Assembly: GCA_003022865.1 (NCBI GenBank)
Contig: PXSK01000009.1
Span: 16,274-80,273 of the forward strand
Direction: 5' to 3'
DNA: 64,000 bases
DNA from: Halobacteriales archaeon SW_5_70_135
GTDB lineage: Archaea; Halobacteriota; Halobacteria; Halobacteriales; SW-7-71-33
Shown here: positions 38,372 to 48,352 of the stretch, in pieces
How the letters are laid out: each line of letters opens with the position of its first letter
Position numbering within the stretch: position 1 is the stretch's first letter
Translations under genes and position numbers: made by a program
The notes under the pieces: generated by a model
The model's database searches: none
The model's input: only the letters and a program-made list of their open reading frames with translations
What the model was told of the DNA's origin: nothing

Positions 38372-38392
38372 CCCGCCGGACGGGCGTGGCGG

Positions 38393-39916
38393 TCACGAGG
38401 AGCCGTCGTCCTCGAGTCGCTCGCGGAGCAGCTCGTTGACGGTGCCGGGGTCGGCGCTGCCGCCGGTCACGCTCATCACCTGGCCGACGAGGAAGTTGAC
38501 CGCGCCGTCCTCGCCGGCGTGGTAGTCCTCGACGGCGTCGGGGTGCTCCGCGATCGCGCTCTCGACGGCGTCGACGACCGCGTCGTCGTCGGTCTTGCCC
38601 AACCCCTCTCGCTCGACGACCGCGTCCGGGGAGAGCCCCTCGTCGAGCATCGTCCGCAGCACCCTTTCCTCGGCGTTCTTGACGGTTATCTCCCCGGCGT
38701 CGACGAGTTCGATCAGCCGGGTGAACTCCTCCAGGCGGTGCTGTACGTCGGCGACGGCCATGTCGCGGTAGTGGAGCTCGCCGAGCAGACGGTCGGCGAC
38801 CCACGACGCCGCCGTATCGGGGTCGAACTGCTCGGCGACGGCCTCGTAGAAGTCCGCCACCTGCTTGCGCGAGGTGAGCTTCGAGGCCGCCTCCCTGCTC
38901 AGCCCGTACTCCTCACGGAAGCGCTCGCGGCGGGCGTCCGGCAGCTCCGGGATCGAGAGCCGCTCCCGCCAGTCGGCCACCCGCAGCGGCGGCAGGTCCG
39001 CCTCTCGGAAGTAACGGTAGTCCTTCTCGGCCTCCTTTGCGCGCATCGACACCGTCACGCCCTTGGCCTCGTCCCAGTGGCGGGTCTCCTGTTCGACCTC
39101 GCGGCCGCGCTGGACGGCGTTTCGCTGCCGACTGGCCTCGTACGAGAGCGCCTTCTCGGCGCCCTTGTGACTGGAGATGTTCTTCACCTCCGTGCGGTCG
39201 GCCTCCTCCAGGACCGCCCGGGGGACGGAGCCGTCCGCGGCGACCGCGTCGCCGTCGACGACCGAGAGGTTGGCGTCGACCCGCAGCGAGCCGTCCCGCT
39301 CCGAGTCGAACACGCCCAGATACTCCAGCACCTCCTCCAGCTTGGCGAGGAAGGCCCGCACCTCCGACGGACTCCGGAAGTCCGGTCGCGTGACGACCTC
39401 CATCAGCGGCGTCCCCGCCCGGTTGTAGTCCACCAGCGTGTAGTCGGCCCGGTCGATCGAGGTCCGGCGGGCCTCCAGCGGCCGCGTGCCGTCGGTGACG
39501 TGGACGAGCGAGCCGGGGTCTTCCTCCAGGTGAGCCCGGCGGATGTCGATCTCGCGGGACTCGCCCTCGACGTCGACCTCCAGGCTGCCGTCCCGACAGA
39601 CCGGCGCGTCGTACTGGGTGATCTGGAAGTTCTTCGGCAGGTCGGGGTAGTAGTAGTTCTTCCGGTGAAAGCGCGTCTCCGCGGGGATCTCGGCGTCGAT
39701 CGCCTTGGCGACCTTCACCGCCGCCTCGACGGCGGCCTCGTTGAGCACCGGCAGAGCGCCGGGCAGCCCCAGACAGACCGGGCAGGTGTTCGTGTTCGGC
39801 TCCGCCGCCGGCTCGGTCGAACAGCCACAGAAGACCTTCGTCTCCGTCTCAAGCTGTACGTGTACCTCCAGACCGATGACGACGGCGAGGTCCTCCTCGA
39901 CGGCCTGTGCGGTCAT
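38393..39916 (-). CDS. gatB: Asp-tRNA(Asn)/Glu-tRNA(Gln) amidotransferase subunit B
   Basis: VIGLEVHVQLETETKVFCGC...CPVCLGLPGALPVLN...YYYPDLPKNFQITQ, with a C-terminal YqeY-like tail NFLVGQVM. The ATG at 39916 (MTAQAVEE) lies inside track ORF 38393..40228. Confidence 0.9.
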   Translation of the reverse strand: MTAQAVEEDLAVVIGLEVHVQLETETKVFCGCSTEPAAEPNTNTCPVCLGLPGALPVLNEAAVEAAVKVAKAIDAEIPAETRFHRKNYYYPDLPKNFQITQYDAPVCRDGSLEVDVEGESREIDIRRAHLEEDPGSLVHVTDGTRPLEARRTSIDRADYTLVDYNRAGTPLMEVVTRPDFRSPSEVRAFLAKLEEVLEYLGVFDSERDGSLRVDANLSVVDGDAVAADGSVPRAVLEEADRTEVKNISSHKGAEKALSYEASRQRNAVQRGREVEQETRHWDEAKGVTVSMRAKEAEKDYRYFREADLPPLRVADWRERLSIPELPDARRERFREEYGLSREAASKLTSRKQVADFYEAVAEQFDPDTAASWVADRLLGELHYRDMAVADVQHRLEEFTRLIELVDAGEITVKNAEERVLRTMLDEGLSPDAVVEREGLGKTDDDAVVDAVESAIAEHPDAVEDYHAGEDGAVNFLVGQVMSVTGGSADPGTVNELLRERLEDDGSS

Positions 39917-40238
39917 CGTCCGCCCTTTCGTGTCCCCCCACATAACGTATGTGCTCCGCCCGCTCCGGACTGTCGCTCGCCCGTCCGTCGCCCGCGGGTG
40001 ACCGCTCAGACCGACGGGTCTGCGCCGCAAACGACCGGGTTTGCGCTCGGAACCGGCGGTCATCGGCCGGGTTGCGCGTGAAAACCGACGGTCGGGACGG
40101 GTTCGCCGCGAAAGATCGTGTTTGTACGTGAAAAGGGAAGAGCGTCCGCTGCGAGCGCGGAGCGGGAGCGCCGGCGGGCGGGCGTCGAGACGGACGGCTC
40201 CGGAAACGATTTCACGCGGCCGCCCCAAGTACCGAGAG

Positions 40239-40763
40239 ATGCGAAAGAGCGGCCCGCCGAAGGGACTGATCGCGTACCTCGTCCTCGAACTCCTGGAGGA
40301 GAAGCCCCGGTACGGCTACGAGATCCTCAAGGAGATCGAGGACATAAGCGGCGGGCACTGGGCGCCCTCGTACGGCTCGGTCTACCCGATCCTCTACAAG
40401 TTCGAGGAGGAAGGTTGGGCCGAGCGCGTCGAGCGCGAGGACGAGCCCGACCGGAAGTACTTCGAGCTGACCGAGGCGGGCACCGAGGAACTGCAACAGC
40501 GGCGCCGCGAGTCGGCGAGCGACGCCCGCGAGTTCGCCGACGTCGTCCTCGGGTTCTACCACGTCTACGTCGCCTTCGCCAGCGACGAGCGCTTCCAGGT
40601 GCCGGACGTGCAGGGGGAGTGGCGCTACGACGACGCCTTCTCGGCGTGGATCGTCGAGCAGATGATCCGCCACCACGACCACTACTTCGACGACGACTTC
40701 GAGCGCATCGAGGCGACGCCGGAGGAGTTCTACGAACACCACGACGTCGACACCGAGGACTGA
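40239..40763 (+). CDS. PadR family transcriptional regulator
   Basis: LIAYLVLELLEEKPRYGYEILKEIEDISGGHWAPSYGSVYPILYKFEEEGW is the canonical PadR winged helix. The ATG is at 40239. Confidence 0.85.
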   Translation: MRKSGPPKGLIAYLVLELLEEKPRYGYEILKEIEDISGGHWAPSYGSVYPILYKFEEEGWAERVEREDEPDRKYFELTEAGTEELQQRRRESASDAREFADVVLGFYHVYVAFASDERFQVPDVQGEWRYDDAFSAWIVEQMIRHHDHYFDDDFERIEATPEEFYEHHDVDTED

Positions 40764-40790
40764 CCGCGGGAGCGGGACTAAGACTGGGAC

Positions 40791-42305
40791 TCAGCAGGTG
40801 TGGCGCTCCAGCCGCTCGCGCTCGGTGGGCTCGTCGTCGTCGGGCACGCCGACGACGGTCGGCTGTTCGACGAAGTAGACGGTCACCCGTCGTGGCCGGA
40901 CGCCGTGGCGACGCTCGTAGCGGTCACAGAGGTAGGCCGCGAACTGGCGGCGGTCGGCGGTGTCGTAGCGCCACAGCCCGACCAGATACTTCCGCCAGCG
41001 CGCGGTGGGGTACGTCGAGGAGACGTCCTCGGGGCGGTCCCAGTCGACGCTGCCGTCACGGTAGGCGTCGACGCGGCTGCCGTCGGGCAGTTGGGCGGGT
41101 GCGACGACCCAGCCGTCGACCGAGAGCGGGTCCGGCGCGAACATGTTCCAGTACTGGTCGGTGCCGGTGACCTGGAGCGCGGGTTCGGCCTCCTCGGGGA
41201 CCGGCTCGTGGCCGACGACCTCGGCGGCGCCGAGGAACTGGACGTTCCACAGCACCACGAGGACGAGAAAGACGACGACGACCGCACTCGACAGTCGCGA
41301 GGCCACGCGGGAGAGCGCCGGCGGCACGTCGGCGACGCGGACGACCGGTAGGGCGTCGGCCAGGCGGCGGTGCCAGCGGTCGAGCGCCCGCACCGGCCGA
41401 CGGTCGGCGAGCGGCGCCGCCCGGTCCCAGACTGCCGCCGGCAGGAATGGAACCAGCGAAGCGACCGAGACGAGTGGGAACAGGTCGATGCGCATCGTCA
41501 CCACCATCCCCAGGTGCATGCCCATCAGCGCGACGGCGTAGAGGGCGCGGGGCCAGCCGGTCAGCAGCAGCAGGGCGAACGACAGCGCGATCGTGACGAG
41601 CCAGACGTAGTCGAGGACGTGCAACAGCGCGGGGAACTGGCCGAGACGCTCGCCCAGGAGGACGGTGAACTGCCCCAAGCTGAACACGTACCGCAGGCCG
41701 TCGCCGCGGACCCAGACGTCGCCGGTGAGCTTGAAGGCGGCGTTGGTGAGATACAGCGCGACGACCTGCACGAGCAGGGCGGCGCTCGCGACGCCCGCGA
41801 CGTAGTCGCCGGCGACCTCCTCGTCCGGCTCGCGGTGACGGGCGTCGACGCTCCAGCGGGCGCCCAGCGGGAGGAAGAGCCCCCAGAACAGCAGTAGCCG
41901 CAACAGCACGTCGCCGCCGTTGAGCACGTCCGGAACGCGGTTGTGCAGGGAGACCAGCAGCAGCCAGGAGACGGCCGTCGCCAGCCGCGTGCGGTAACCG
42001 ACCGCGAGGGCGACGGCGACGACGCCGGCGACCGCGAACAGCAGCGCCTGCCCCCAGGCCTCGCCGGAGGCGAGGTGGAGCGACCAGTGCGTCGGGCCGT
42101 GCTGCGCGAGGAGGGCGGTCCGCGGCAGGACGCCGTCGTCGGTGTAGAAGGCGTGGAGGCTCCGCGAGCGCAACAGCAGGTCCGCGAGCAGCAGCGAGCC
42201 GAGCGCGACCCGGAAGAGGGCGAGCGACCGGGCGTCGATCCGCACCCGGCGACGGACCGCCCTGCGGAGCGCACCCGGGAGGTCGTCGGGGAGTCGCCGA
42301 CGCAT
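40791..42305 (-). CDS. HTTM-domain (vitamin K-dependent gamma-carboxylase-like) polytopic membrane protein
   Basis: IDARSLALFRVALGSLLLADLLLR...LFWGLFLPLGARWSVDA is the N-terminal HTTM signature. The protein is 504 aa with many TM helices. Confidence 0.7.
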   Translation of the reverse strand: MRRRLPDDLPGALRRAVRRRVRIDARSLALFRVALGSLLLADLLLRSRSLHAFYTDDGVLPRTALLAQHGPTHWSLHLASGEAWGQALLFAVAGVVAVALAVGYRTRLATAVSWLLLVSLHNRVPDVLNGGDVLLRLLLFWGLFLPLGARWSVDARHREPDEEVAGDYVAGVASAALLVQVVALYLTNAAFKLTGDVWVRGDGLRYVFSLGQFTVLLGERLGQFPALLHVLDYVWLVTIALSFALLLLTGWPRALYAVALMGMHLGMVVTMRIDLFPLVSVASLVPFLPAAVWDRAAPLADRRPVRALDRWHRRLADALPVVRVADVPPALSRVASRLSSAVVVVFLVLVVLWNVQFLGAAEVVGHEPVPEEAEPALQVTGTDQYWNMFAPDPLSVDGWVVAPAQLPDGSRVDAYRDGSVDWDRPEDVSSTYPTARWRKYLVGLWRYDTADRRQFAAYLCDRYERRHGVRPRRVTVYFVEQPTVVGVPDDDEPTERERLERHTC

Positions 42306-42372
42306 GGGGTCGTCGGAGGATGCGGTCGACCACCCAAATAGGTGTGGGAGAGTGAAACGTCGGTTACAGCCA

Positions 42373-44098
42373 CTAACCGCCGAGCAGCTGTGGCCCGAGC
42401 ACGAGTAGAACGAAGCTCACGAGCATCGTCAGGCCGACGGTGGTGGTGACGGCGCGGACGATCCGGCGGGAGGCGTCGACCGGCAGCCGCGAGACGACCG
42501 TCTCGGCGCTCGACCGGAGGATGTGGCCGCCGTCCAGCGGGAAGGCGGGGATGCAGTTGAAGAAGCCGAGTTGGACGTTGATCCAGCCGATCCAGAAGAG
42601 GACGTTCGCGAGGAGGAACACGCCGTCGCCGAGCCCGCCGAGCGGGCCGACCGGCTCGTAGAAGTTGAGGTTGACGCCGACGAAGCCGGGGAAGTTGAAC
42701 GAGAACGGACCGAGGACGCCGCTGAGCGGGAGATACAGCGCGACGATCGTCCGACCGAAGAACGACTCGCCGATCGCGCCGAAGCCGCCGGTCGCGCCGC
42801 CGCCGTCGCCGCCCAGCGCCGTGAGGTACGCCCCCGCGGGGTACGTCCGGACGCCGAAGTCGTCGACGGAGAGTCCGGTGGTTCCGGGGAAGGCGCGAAT
42901 GCCGAGGAAGCCGCCGTCGTCGTTGGGGCTCTCGCCGAGTTCGACCTCGACGACGCGGCGCTCGCCGTCGACGTGGGCGACGACGGTGAGCCGGTCGCCG
43001 GGGCTGGTCCCGTCCAGGCGGTCGACGAGGTCGCTCCGCGAGCCGACGCGGGTGTCGCCGTCGCTGCCGTTGATCCAGGTGACAACCGCCAGGTCGGCGG
43101 GGACGCCGGACTCGTTCAACGGCTCGCCCTCGGCGACGCTGACGTAGGCGCCGGCCGGAAACGTCGTCGTCGTCCCGTCGGTCGTCTCGACGGTGATCCG
43201 CTCGTTGGTGGCGACGACCTCCCGGAAGCGGGCGTGGCTGCGGACCGCCTCGCCGTCGACGCGGGCGATCGTCGCCCCGCTGTCGAGGTCGGCCGGAGCG
43301 CCCTCCGTGGCGGCGGTCACGAGGAGGCGTCGCTCGACCTCCCGTCGTCGGTCGCCGTTCAGCGTGACGGTCACGCGGTCTCGGTTCGAGTCGGCGAGCA
43401 CCGTCGAGAGGTTGTCGGCGCCGACGGGCCGGCCGTCGACGGCGGTGATCCGGTCGCCGGGTTCGATCCCGGCGTCGGCGGCGGGGGAGTCGGGGACGAC
43501 CCCGCCGACGGCGGCGCCGGGAGCGACGCCGACGGAGGCTATTACGGGGCCGAAGAGTAGTCCGAAGGCGACCAGCGTGACCGCGAAGTTGTTGGTGACG
43601 CCGGCGGCGAACATCCGAGTCTTGCCGCCGCGGGAGGCCGCCTCCCGCGACTCCTCGTCGGGGGCGACGAAGGCGCCGACGGGGACGAACGCCAGGAGGG
43701 CGAGCCCCATCGACTCGATCTCGATGTCCTCGACGCGACAGAGCAGGCCGTGACCCCCCTCGTGGACGACCAGCCCGACGGCGAGCCCGAGGACGATCTC
43801 CGGCGCGACCGACAGTGGGAGGAAGTCGTTCACCCCGGGGATGACCAGCACGTTGCGCGGCCGGTTGACCGCGGTCGCCTCAGGCGGGTTTTGCAGCGTC
43901 GAGACCGCGAAGACGAGCAGAAACAGAAAGGCACTGAACATCACCACCAGCGCGACGCCGACGCCGAAGTTGGCCCACGCCCGCCAGAACCGCTTCGGCC
44001 CGGCGAGCCAGTCGAGAAAGTCCTTGCCCGACTGGGTGTGGACCGTCGTGATCGGCCCCTGGACGCGGACGGCGTCGGGCAGCAGTCCGCGTCACCAT
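42373..44098 (-). CDS. Site-2 protease (peptidase M50) with PDZ domains; apparent 1-nt frameshift four codons after the ATG
   Basis: It has HEGGHGLL (HExxH), PDZ-like PGAAVGGVVPDSPAADAGIEPGDRITAVDG, and C-terminal NCIPAFPLDGGH. The coding frame is open and protein-like up to 44091 (GLLPDAVRVQGPITTVHTQSGKDFLDWL...), but the only ATG (44098, MVTR) is one base out of frame. The track ORF starts at the internal GTG 43947. Confidence 0.7.
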
Positions 44099-44183
44099 TG
44101 GTGTTCCTTCCCTCGTGGAGGGCACTCTTGTGTCTTCGGTTCGGCCGTCCCGTCGGTCGATTCCGTCCCGTCCGAGGCGGAGT

Positions 44184-46007
44184 TCATCGCTCCCGGCGCA
44201 GCCTCGCCACGACGAACTCGCGGTCGAGGTCGGCGAGGAACGGACCCAAGCGTGGCCCCTCGTCGTCGCCGAAGAACAGCCGGTAGCCGGCCTCGAACAC
44301 GTCAGCCGCCTCGACGCCGTGTCGGTCGGCGGCCTCGTACAGCTCGCCCTGGACGGCTTCGCCGTCGCCGCCGTTCGCGACCACGCTCGCCACCTCCGCC
44401 AGGGCGGCGGCCACGTCGCCGTCCACGTCGACGTCGGGGAGTGCGCCGCGCTCGACGCGGTAGTCGAAGCGGTTGCCCGTCCGGTCGGCCCAGGCACGGG
44501 CGTGGTCGACCCGGTCGAGGGCGAGGTCGACCGCCCACGCCGGCGCGTCGTCCGGTAGATGGCCCTCGCGGCGGGCGATCTCCTCGCGGACGTCCGCCCG
44601 CTCGGTCATGCCGAGCACCGCGGCGAAGCGGTACGGCACCCGCACTCGCTCGCGGAAGACGCCCTCGAGGAAGGCACGCAGTCGCCCGAAGTCCGCCGGG
44701 TCGGGGTCGGCGGCGGCGACGCGGTCGAGCGTCGCGTCGACGGTCCCGGGGTCGTCGGCCGCCGAGGTCGCCGCCGCCGGCACGCGACGGGGGTCGAGCA
44801 CGTATGGGTACGCCCGCTCCGCCGTCGCCGGGTCGGCGCCGGCCGCGCCCTGGTCGGGGTCCGCGGCGTCGACGCCCCGGAAGTAGGCTCGCTCGAAGCG
44901 GTCGAACTCGTCGACGAGGCCGTCGAGCGAGGCGACCGCCAGGTCGCGCTGCTTGCGTGGCTCCTTGGCGAAGAAGTACCGCAGCGCGTCGCTCTCGACC
45001 AGTTCGAGCAGTTCGCCGGCGGTGATCACGTTGCCCGACGAGGACGACAGCGCGGCGCCGTCGAGCGTGAACCACTCGTAGACGAGCGGCTCCGGCGGCT
45101 CGACGTCGAGCAGGTCGCGGGCGATCTCCTGGCCGGACGGCCACGACCCCTCGGCGTGGTCCTTGCCGAACGGCTCGAAGTCGACCCGGAAGTGCGCCCA
45201 CTGGGCGGGCCACTCGAAGCGCCAGGGGAGCTTCCCCTCGGTGAGGTCGGCGACGCCCTCGTGACCACAGCCTTCGATGGTGCGGTCGCCGGCCTCGATG
45301 TCCTCGCAGACGTACCTGACGGTGCGGGTGTCGGCGTCGAACGACCGGACGCCGCCGGTGACGATACCGCACGACTCACACCGCGGGCGGAACGGCCAGT
45401 AGTCGCCGTCGGCGTCGACGGAGTCCTGGAACTCGGCGAGCAGCGCCCGCACCTCGGCCGGACGGGCGAGCAGGTCGGCGGCGACGTCGGCGAAGGCGCC
45501 GTCCTCGTACAGCGCCGTGGCCGAGTAGAAGTCGACGGGGACGCCGACGGCGTCGACCGCCTGTCGCAGGAGTGCGGTCTGGTGGGCGCCGAAGGAGTCA
45601 CAGCAGCCGAGCGGGTCGGGCACGTCCGTCAGCGGCCGGCCGAGGTTGCGTCCGAGCGCGCCGACGTCGAAGCCGTCGCGCTCGACGTACTCGCCGTCGA
45701 GCGTCATCAGGCGGTAGGGGATCGACCGCAGCGGGTCGCGGTCGTCGCTGGTGAACACCTGCCGCACGTCGTGGTCGCGCTCCCGCAGGACGCTGGCGAC
45801 GTAGTAGCCCCGCAGCGCCTCGTTGACGTGGCCGGCGTGTGGCACGCCCGAGGGAGAGACGCCGCCTTTGACGACGACCGGTTCCTCGGGGTCGCGGGCC
45901 TCGACGCGGTCGGCCACCTCGTCCGCCCAGAAGGCGTGGTACGCCCGGTCGCCGCGCTCGTCGTCGCCCCCGACGCGGACGCCGTCGTCGCCGTCGCCGG
46001 CACTCAT
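44184..46007 (-). CDS. lysS: Lysine--tRNA ligase, class I
   Basis: PSGVPHAGHVNEALR (HIGH-type motif), FEPFGKDH and LSSSSGNVI (KMSKS-type) give the class I LysRS architecture. The ATG at 46007 lies inside track ORF 44184..46151. Confidence 0.9.
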   Translation of the reverse strand: MSAGDGDDGVRVGGDDERGDRAYHAFWADEVADRVEARDPEEPVVVKGGVSPSGVPHAGHVNEALRGYYVASVLRERDHDVRQVFTSDDRDPLRSIPYRLMTLDGEYVERDGFDVGALGRNLGRPLTDVPDPLGCCDSFGAHQTALLRQAVDAVGVPVDFYSATALYEDGAFADVAADLLARPAEVRALLAEFQDSVDADGDYWPFRPRCESCGIVTGGVRSFDADTRTVRYVCEDIEAGDRTIEGCGHEGVADLTEGKLPWRFEWPAQWAHFRVDFEPFGKDHAEGSWPSGQEIARDLLDVEPPEPLVYEWFTLDGAALSSSSGNVITAGELLELVESDALRYFFAKEPRKQRDLAVASLDGLVDEFDRFERAYFRGVDAADPDQGAAGADPATAERAYPYVLDPRRVPAAATSAADDPGTVDATLDRVAAADPDPADFGRLRAFLEGVFRERVRVPYRFAAVLGMTERADVREEIARREGHLPDDAPAWAVDLALDRVDHARAWADRTGNRFDYRVERGALPDVDVDGDVAAALAEVASVVANGGDGEAVQGELYEAADRHGVEAADVFEAGYRLFFGDDEGPRLGPFLADLDREFVVARLRRER

Positions 46008-46008
46008 C

Positions 46009-46731
46009 TCAGGACTCCGCGGCCCAGTAGGTGGGCTCGCCGGTCTCGCCGTCGGGGACGACGTCGGTGCCGTCGTGGTCTCCGCGGCGGACGGCGTCGG
46101 CGATGCGTCCCGGGTCGGTGCCGTCGAGGACGACGGTGCGCAGGCCGGCACGCTCTATCACCTTCGCGGCGACCAGGTCGACCGGCGCGGCGGCGCCGGC
46201 GGTACGCTCCAAGTCGGCGATCACGTCGACCAGTTCGCCCGGGGTGAGCCGGTCGAACTTGCGCGCGTCGTCGGCCTCGTTGGGGTCGGCGTCGAACACC
46301 CCGGACACCGAGGTGGCGTAGACGAGCAGGTCGGCGTCCGTGTACTCCGCCAGCGCGGCGGCGACGGCGTCGGTGGTCTGTGCGGGGGCGACTCCACCCA
46401 TGACCGGCACGTCGCCGCGACGCATGGCGGCGCCGGCGGTCTCGTAGTCCTCGGGCGGGGACGGCGTCGCCGACGTGTCGAGCGCGGCGGTCAGCAGCCG
46501 GGCGTTCAGCCGCGTGGCCGCGATGCCGAGCTCGTCGAGCACCATCTCGTTGGCGTCGAGGTCGCGGGCGACACCGATGTACTCCCGGGCGGTGGTGCCG
46601 CCGCCGACCACGATACCCATCGTCCGTCCCTCGTCGGCGAGTTCCTCGACGACGGCGGCGTGGTCGCGGACGTACTCGGCGCTCACCGTCGGCACGAACA
46701 CGCTGCCGCCGACCGAGACGACCACCTTCAT
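46009..46731 (-). CDS. pyrH: UMP kinase (archaeal type)
   Basis: MKVVVSVGGSVF...GIVVGGGTTAREYI...MGGVAPAQTTDAVAA shows the amino acid kinase fold in the archaeal PyrH pattern. Confidence 0.9.
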   Translation of the reverse strand: MKVVVSVGGSVFVPTVSAEYVRDHAAVVEELADEGRTMGIVVGGGTTAREYIGVARDLDANEMVLDELGIAATRLNARLLTAALDTSATPSPPEDYETAGAAMRRGDVPVMGGVAPAQTTDAVAAALAEYTDADLLVYATSVSGVFDADPNEADDARKFDRLTPGELVDVIADLERTAGAAAPVDLVAAKVIERAGLRTVVLDGTDPGRIADAVRRGDHDGTDVVPDGETGEPTYWAAES

Positions 46732-46839
46732 GCTACTTCCGCTTTCCGCGACCCGTTCTTAAGAATTGTCAACCGCCGGCAGCCCGCCGACGCGCTCGGG
46801 CGGGGACAGCTACAAGCCGACGGCGCCCGAGCTGACCGC

Positions 46840-47649
46840 ATGAAACTCGTCGTCGTCGACGGTCCGCCCGGCGAGACCGGGACGGCGGTCGACCGCCTGG
46901 CCGACCGCCTCGCGGCCGAAGGGACCGTCGCCGTCGTCACCGAGGCGGACGACCCCGGCGGAACGACCCCCGACGACTCCGGAGCTGCGAGCCGGTACGT
47001 CGTCGGCGACGGTCGCGTCGAGGGAAAGGAGCCCGGCGACGTGGCGACGGTGCTCGACCGGCTCGCGCCCGAGCACGACTACGCCGTCCTGGAGGGGTTT
47101 CCGGACGCGAACGCGCCGCGTGTCCGGGTCGGCGGTGAACGAGCGGAGGCGGGCGACGAGCGGGTCGTCGCGACCCCAACACGGGCCGAGGCACTGGACG
47201 TGGAGCGCGTCGTCGAGGCGCTCGCCGGCGCGCGACCACGCGAGACCCTGGAATCGCTAGTTGCCGCGGTGAAACGCTCGCCGGACGCCGACCGCGCCGG
47301 GGCGATCGCGACGTTCACCGGCCGGGTGCGGACCCGCGACGGGCCGAACGACCCGCCGACGGAGTACCTGGAGTTCGAGGCCCACGACGAGCTGGCGGAG
47401 CGCCGCATGGTCGACCTGCGCTTGGACCTGGAGGCGCGAGACGGCGTGTGGGCGGTGCGACTCCACCACCGTCGCGGCGTCGTCGAGGCCGGCGAGGACA
47501 TCGTTTTCGTCGTCGTGCTGGCGGGCCACCGGTCGGCGGCCTTCCGGGCCGTCGAGGACGGTATCGACCGCCTGAAAGCGGAGGTACCGCTGTTCAAGCG
47601 CGAGGTGACCGCCGAGGGGGAGTTCTGGGCGCACCGGTACGACCCCTGA
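46840..47649 (+). CDS. moaE: Molybdopterin synthase catalytic subunit MoaE with an N-terminal MobB-like extension
   Basis: The C-terminal half is ATFTGRVR...YLEFEAHDELAERRM...IVFVVVLAGHRSAAFRAVEDGIDRLKAEVPLFKRE, which is MoaE. The N-terminal region of about 120 aa is a degenerate P-loop-like domain. The ATG is at 46840. Confidence 0.8.
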   Translation: MKLVVVDGPPGETGTAVDRLADRLAAEGTVAVVTEADDPGGTTPDDSGAASRYVVGDGRVEGKEPGDVATVLDRLAPEHDYAVLEGFPDANAPRVRVGGERAEAGDERVVATPTRAEALDVERVVEALAGARPRETLESLVAAVKRSPDADRAGAIATFTGRVRTRDGPNDPPTEYLEFEAHDELAERRMVDLRLDLEARDGVWAVRLHHRRGVVEAGEDIVFVVVLAGHRSAAFRAVEDGIDRLKAEVPLFKREVTAEGEFWAHRYDP

Positions 47650-47933
47650 GGCCGTCGACGATTCGGCGGCCGCGCGCTCGCGCCCCAGGCCGGCCGAACG
47701 TGCACGAACACCCCCTCTCGTCCGAACGTATCATATTTCGGTTATATGTAGCGACAAGCGTGCAAGAAACTCTGAGATCGCGTTGTAAAACGTTTCAGGC
47801 GTTCTGAGAGCTTGATGAAAGATGATGAAACGAGGTATAAGGGGGGTTACCTGACTGAACTGTCCCGAAACACCCCGAAGTGTCGGCCGTTTATATGGGG
47901 GTGTGGGTCCGTACGAACGGTGAGGCGATCGAG

Positions 47934-48191
47934 ATGAGTACCACGACACAGCCCTCCACCGACGACGCGAACGGCGGTCCAGGGAAGGACGAACGCCTGC
48001 GTCAGTTCCTCAAGCAGAAGGCCGACGACGGCGAGCTCTACTTCAAGAGCAAGTTCATTGCCGACGAGGTCGGTCTCTCCCCCAAGGAGATCGGCGCCCT
48101 GATGGTCAAACTCCGGGACTCCTGTCCGGGCCTGGAGATAGAGAAGTGGTCGTACACGAGCGCGACGACCTGGCGGGTCGAACCCGCATAG
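47934..48191 (+). CDS. Small conserved hypothetical protein (about 85 aa)
   Basis: The ATG at 47934 is preceded by ggtgag (SD-like) and a tttatat TATA-like box at 47890-47896. Its composition is coding-like (MSTTTQPSTDD...LYFKSKFIADEVGLSPKEIGALMVKL). Confidence 0.55.
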   Translation: MSTTTQPSTDDANGGPGKDERLRQFLKQKADDGELYFKSKFIADEVGLSPKEIGALMVKLRDSCPGLEIEKWSYTSATTWRVEPA

Positions 48192-48352
48192 GCCGCCGGA
48201 ACCCCGCGACGCCGTCCCTCCACTCCGTTCCGGTTCCTTCCCATTCCCCTGTCGCCCCTCGACGAGCGACGGCCGAGCCCTCGTGGGGTTGTCCCGCCGA
48301 CCGGTCGCTGCGCTCCGGGGATTTAAGCGCCCGGAACGGCTAGCCGCGAGCG

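Noticed and set aside
47650-47933. AT-rich 280-bp intergenic region containing gatgaaacgaggtataagggggg, reminiscent of a haloarchaeal origin recognition box (GAAAC ... G-string).
   Set aside because: There is a single degenerate copy, no inverted ORB pair, no adjacent orc/cdc6 gene and no obvious duplex-unwinding element. It is more simply the promoter region (tttatat box) of the small gene at 47934.
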